Source of the DNA: Vicinamibacteria bacterium
GTDB taxonomy: Bacteria > Acidobacteriota > Vicinamibacteria > Vicinamibacterales > JAENWD01
Reading direction: 5' to 3'
DNA length: 64,000 nt
Assembly: GCA_963763095.1 (NCBI GenBank)
Contig: CAVXNR010000015.1
Coordinates: 73,865-137,864 of the forward strand
Shown here: piece by piece, positions 62,705-64,000 of the stretch
Layout: each line of letters begins with the position of its first letter
Numbering within the stretch: position 1 is the first letter of the stretch
Notes under the pieces: generated by a model
Told to the model about the DNA's origin: nothing
Database searches by the model: none
Seen by the model: only the letters and a program-made list of their open reading frames with translations
Made by a program: the position numbers and the translations under genes

Positions 62705-63538
62705 TCAGTCCAGGTGTTTCACCAGGAGGACCTCGTTCCCGAATTCGTTGTAGACAAGTTCGTCAGCAACAGTCCGTGCGATGAGCATCCCGAAGCCGCC
62801 GGGACGCAGGCCCATTTCGGAGCGGCGCAGGGCACTGGCCACCACCGCGTCGGCATCAGGCGACATGGCGGCATGCGCCAGCGCCTGGCGGTTGAAGCCG
62901 GTGCCCGGATCCCGCACGTGATAGACGATCGCGCGTGCGGTCCTGGCGGCTGTCACCTCGACGACTTTGCCGTCGTCGAAGCCCGCTCCGTGCTCCATGG
63001 CATTGAGGAGCAACTCGCGGAACGCGGCAATGAGCAGATCGCGTTCGTCGGCGGGCAGGGAGCTGAGATGCTCCGTCATGAATCGAACAAGGCGCTCGGC
63101 GGTGAGCAGATGACATGACACACGCAGGGTGAACCAGTGAGGGAGGCCCGACACGAGCTCGAGGCCGTCCTGCCAGCCGGACGCGTCCAGCGCCGACCAG
63201 AGCATATTGATGATGTCACCGGGCTCGAACGGCGGTGTGAAACAGGCGAACACGTGCGCGCGAAGCGCCGCCATCAAGTCGCCGTGAGTGGCTGCCGGTG
63301 CAAGCACGATCATTCTCACGCCAGGCCGCGTGCTCGCCAGCTCACGGGCCAGCGCAAGATCTTCCTCAATCGAGGTCTCCGTATCGGTCACGACGACATC
63401 GACCGGGTGCTGACGTACGAGCTGCACCGCCTCGACGTTACCGCTGCATCGACGTACCTCGTGCCCGCGCCTCGTGCCACCGGCCTGGAGAGCAGCGGCC
63501 AGCGCTCCGTCTTTGCCAATCACCAATGCGTGGCCCAT
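62705..63538 (-). CDS. receiver-domain protein fused to a GHKL/anti-sigma-kinase-like ATPase domain
   Basis: The N-terminal receiver-like region has [12 protein letters not shown] and RMIVLA. The C-terminal region has [17 protein letters not shown] and [10 protein letters not shown] 63538 is preceded by GGAGG. Confidence 0.7.
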   Translation of the reverse strand: MGHALVIGKDGALAAALQAGGTRRGHEVRRCSGNVEAVQLVRQHPVDVVVTDTETSIEEDLALARELASTRPGVRMIVLAPAATHGDLMAALRAHVFACFTPPFEPGDIINMLWSALDASGWQDGLELVSGLPHWFTLRVSCHLLTAERLVRFMTEHLSSLPADERDLLIAAFRELLLNAMEHGAGFDDGKVVEVTAARTARAIVYHVRDPGTGFNRQALAHAAMSPDADAVVASALRRSEMGLRPGGFGMLIARTVADELVYNEFGNEVLLVKHLD

Positions 63539-63598
63539 CAGGACCTCCACTCACCGCAGCCGTCGAATTTCACGCCACCCAGTCTGTCCCTGTTGCCG

Positions 63599-64000
63599 CT
63601 ATTTGACTTTCTTGATCTCGTTGAACCGCACTGGTTCAATGCCGTAGTTCTCGAACACGACGTTGTTCTCCTTGTCGATGAAGATCTTCGTGGCGCCGAG
63701 AATCTTGCCTACGCCCTTCTCCCCCTTCTCCGTCTTCTCCATTTGCACCTCGATGATAGTGAAGGGGTAGTCCATCGTTCGGGGCTGGTTGCTGGCCTCG
63801 CGGAAGCCGATCGGGCGATCGGTGGCGAGGACGATCCGCCGTCCTCCCTCCTCGAGCGGGCTCTGGCGGGCGTAGTGCAGATCCCAGGCAAGCGAGGTAG
63901 ACGTCCGAATGTAGCCGACCTTGGGCATCTTCTGCAGCGCACTGAGCAGCTTCTGATTCAGTTTGTGGGGGTCCTTCTCCTCTTTGAGGATCGCGAGCAA
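63599..64000 (-). CDS. hypothetical protein, C-terminal 133 codons (N-terminus off the right edge)
   Basis: Open to the window edge. It has a Lys/Glu-rich, clearly coding composition and lower GC than its neighbours. No family recognised. Confidence 0.55.
   Translation of the reverse strand: MLAILKEEKDPHKLNQKLLSALQKMPKVGYIRTSTSLAWDLHYARQSPLEEGGRRIVLATDRPIGFREASNQPRTMDYPFTIIEVQMEKTEKGEKGVGKILGATKIFIDKENNVVFENYGIEPVRFNEIKKVK

Overview
High-GC (roughly 67-70% by eye) bacterial chromosomal segment. The many TAT/Sec-exported hydrolases resemble soil Acidobacteriota-like genomes, but that is inference only. I support about 55 protein genes and one RNA gene. They include radC, a His-rich larC, metG, tatD, a polyprenyl synthase, ligA, an HtrA protease, a sigma54-type response regulator and RNase P RNA (rnpB, 12262-12656). 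They also include several exported amidohydrolases, an S8 protease with an OMP, comEA/pseudopilin/PilZ, DUF362, apbE, ridA, a SelA-like PLP enzyme, alkB, pfk, and glcDEF with a divergent lactate/glycolate permease. Further genes are PAP2, a ROK/PIG-L/HAD operon, a ~1000-aa secreted beta-helix protein with near-identical tandem domains, a PQQ sugar dehydrogenase, a peroxiredoxin, an ATP-dependent DNA ligase, a nitrilase-family enzyme and a Ser/Thr kinase. I saw no rRNA, tRNA, CRISPR, transposase or phage genes. Five things are worth a second look. (1) Intergenic regions carry locus-specific heptanucleotide tandem arrays, usually as inverted pairs, and one pair encloses an Avd/23S-IVS-family four-helix-bundle gene. 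(2) A REP-like hairpin element (ATGTGGGGCAGGGCTTCAGCCCTGC) occurs in intergenic clusters, and related copies lie in-frame inside larC and metG. (3) A lower-GC App1-phosphatase gene is flanked by a diverged duplication of its target locus. (4) A perfect 27-bp inverted repeat sits in the glcD/permease divergent region. (5) At least 15 single-nucleotide frame disruptions occur in conserved genes, about half close to GTAC. I read these as assembly or basecalling indels, not pseudogenes. Several coordinates below are therefore stitched across two ORF-track frames and are approximate at the junctions.
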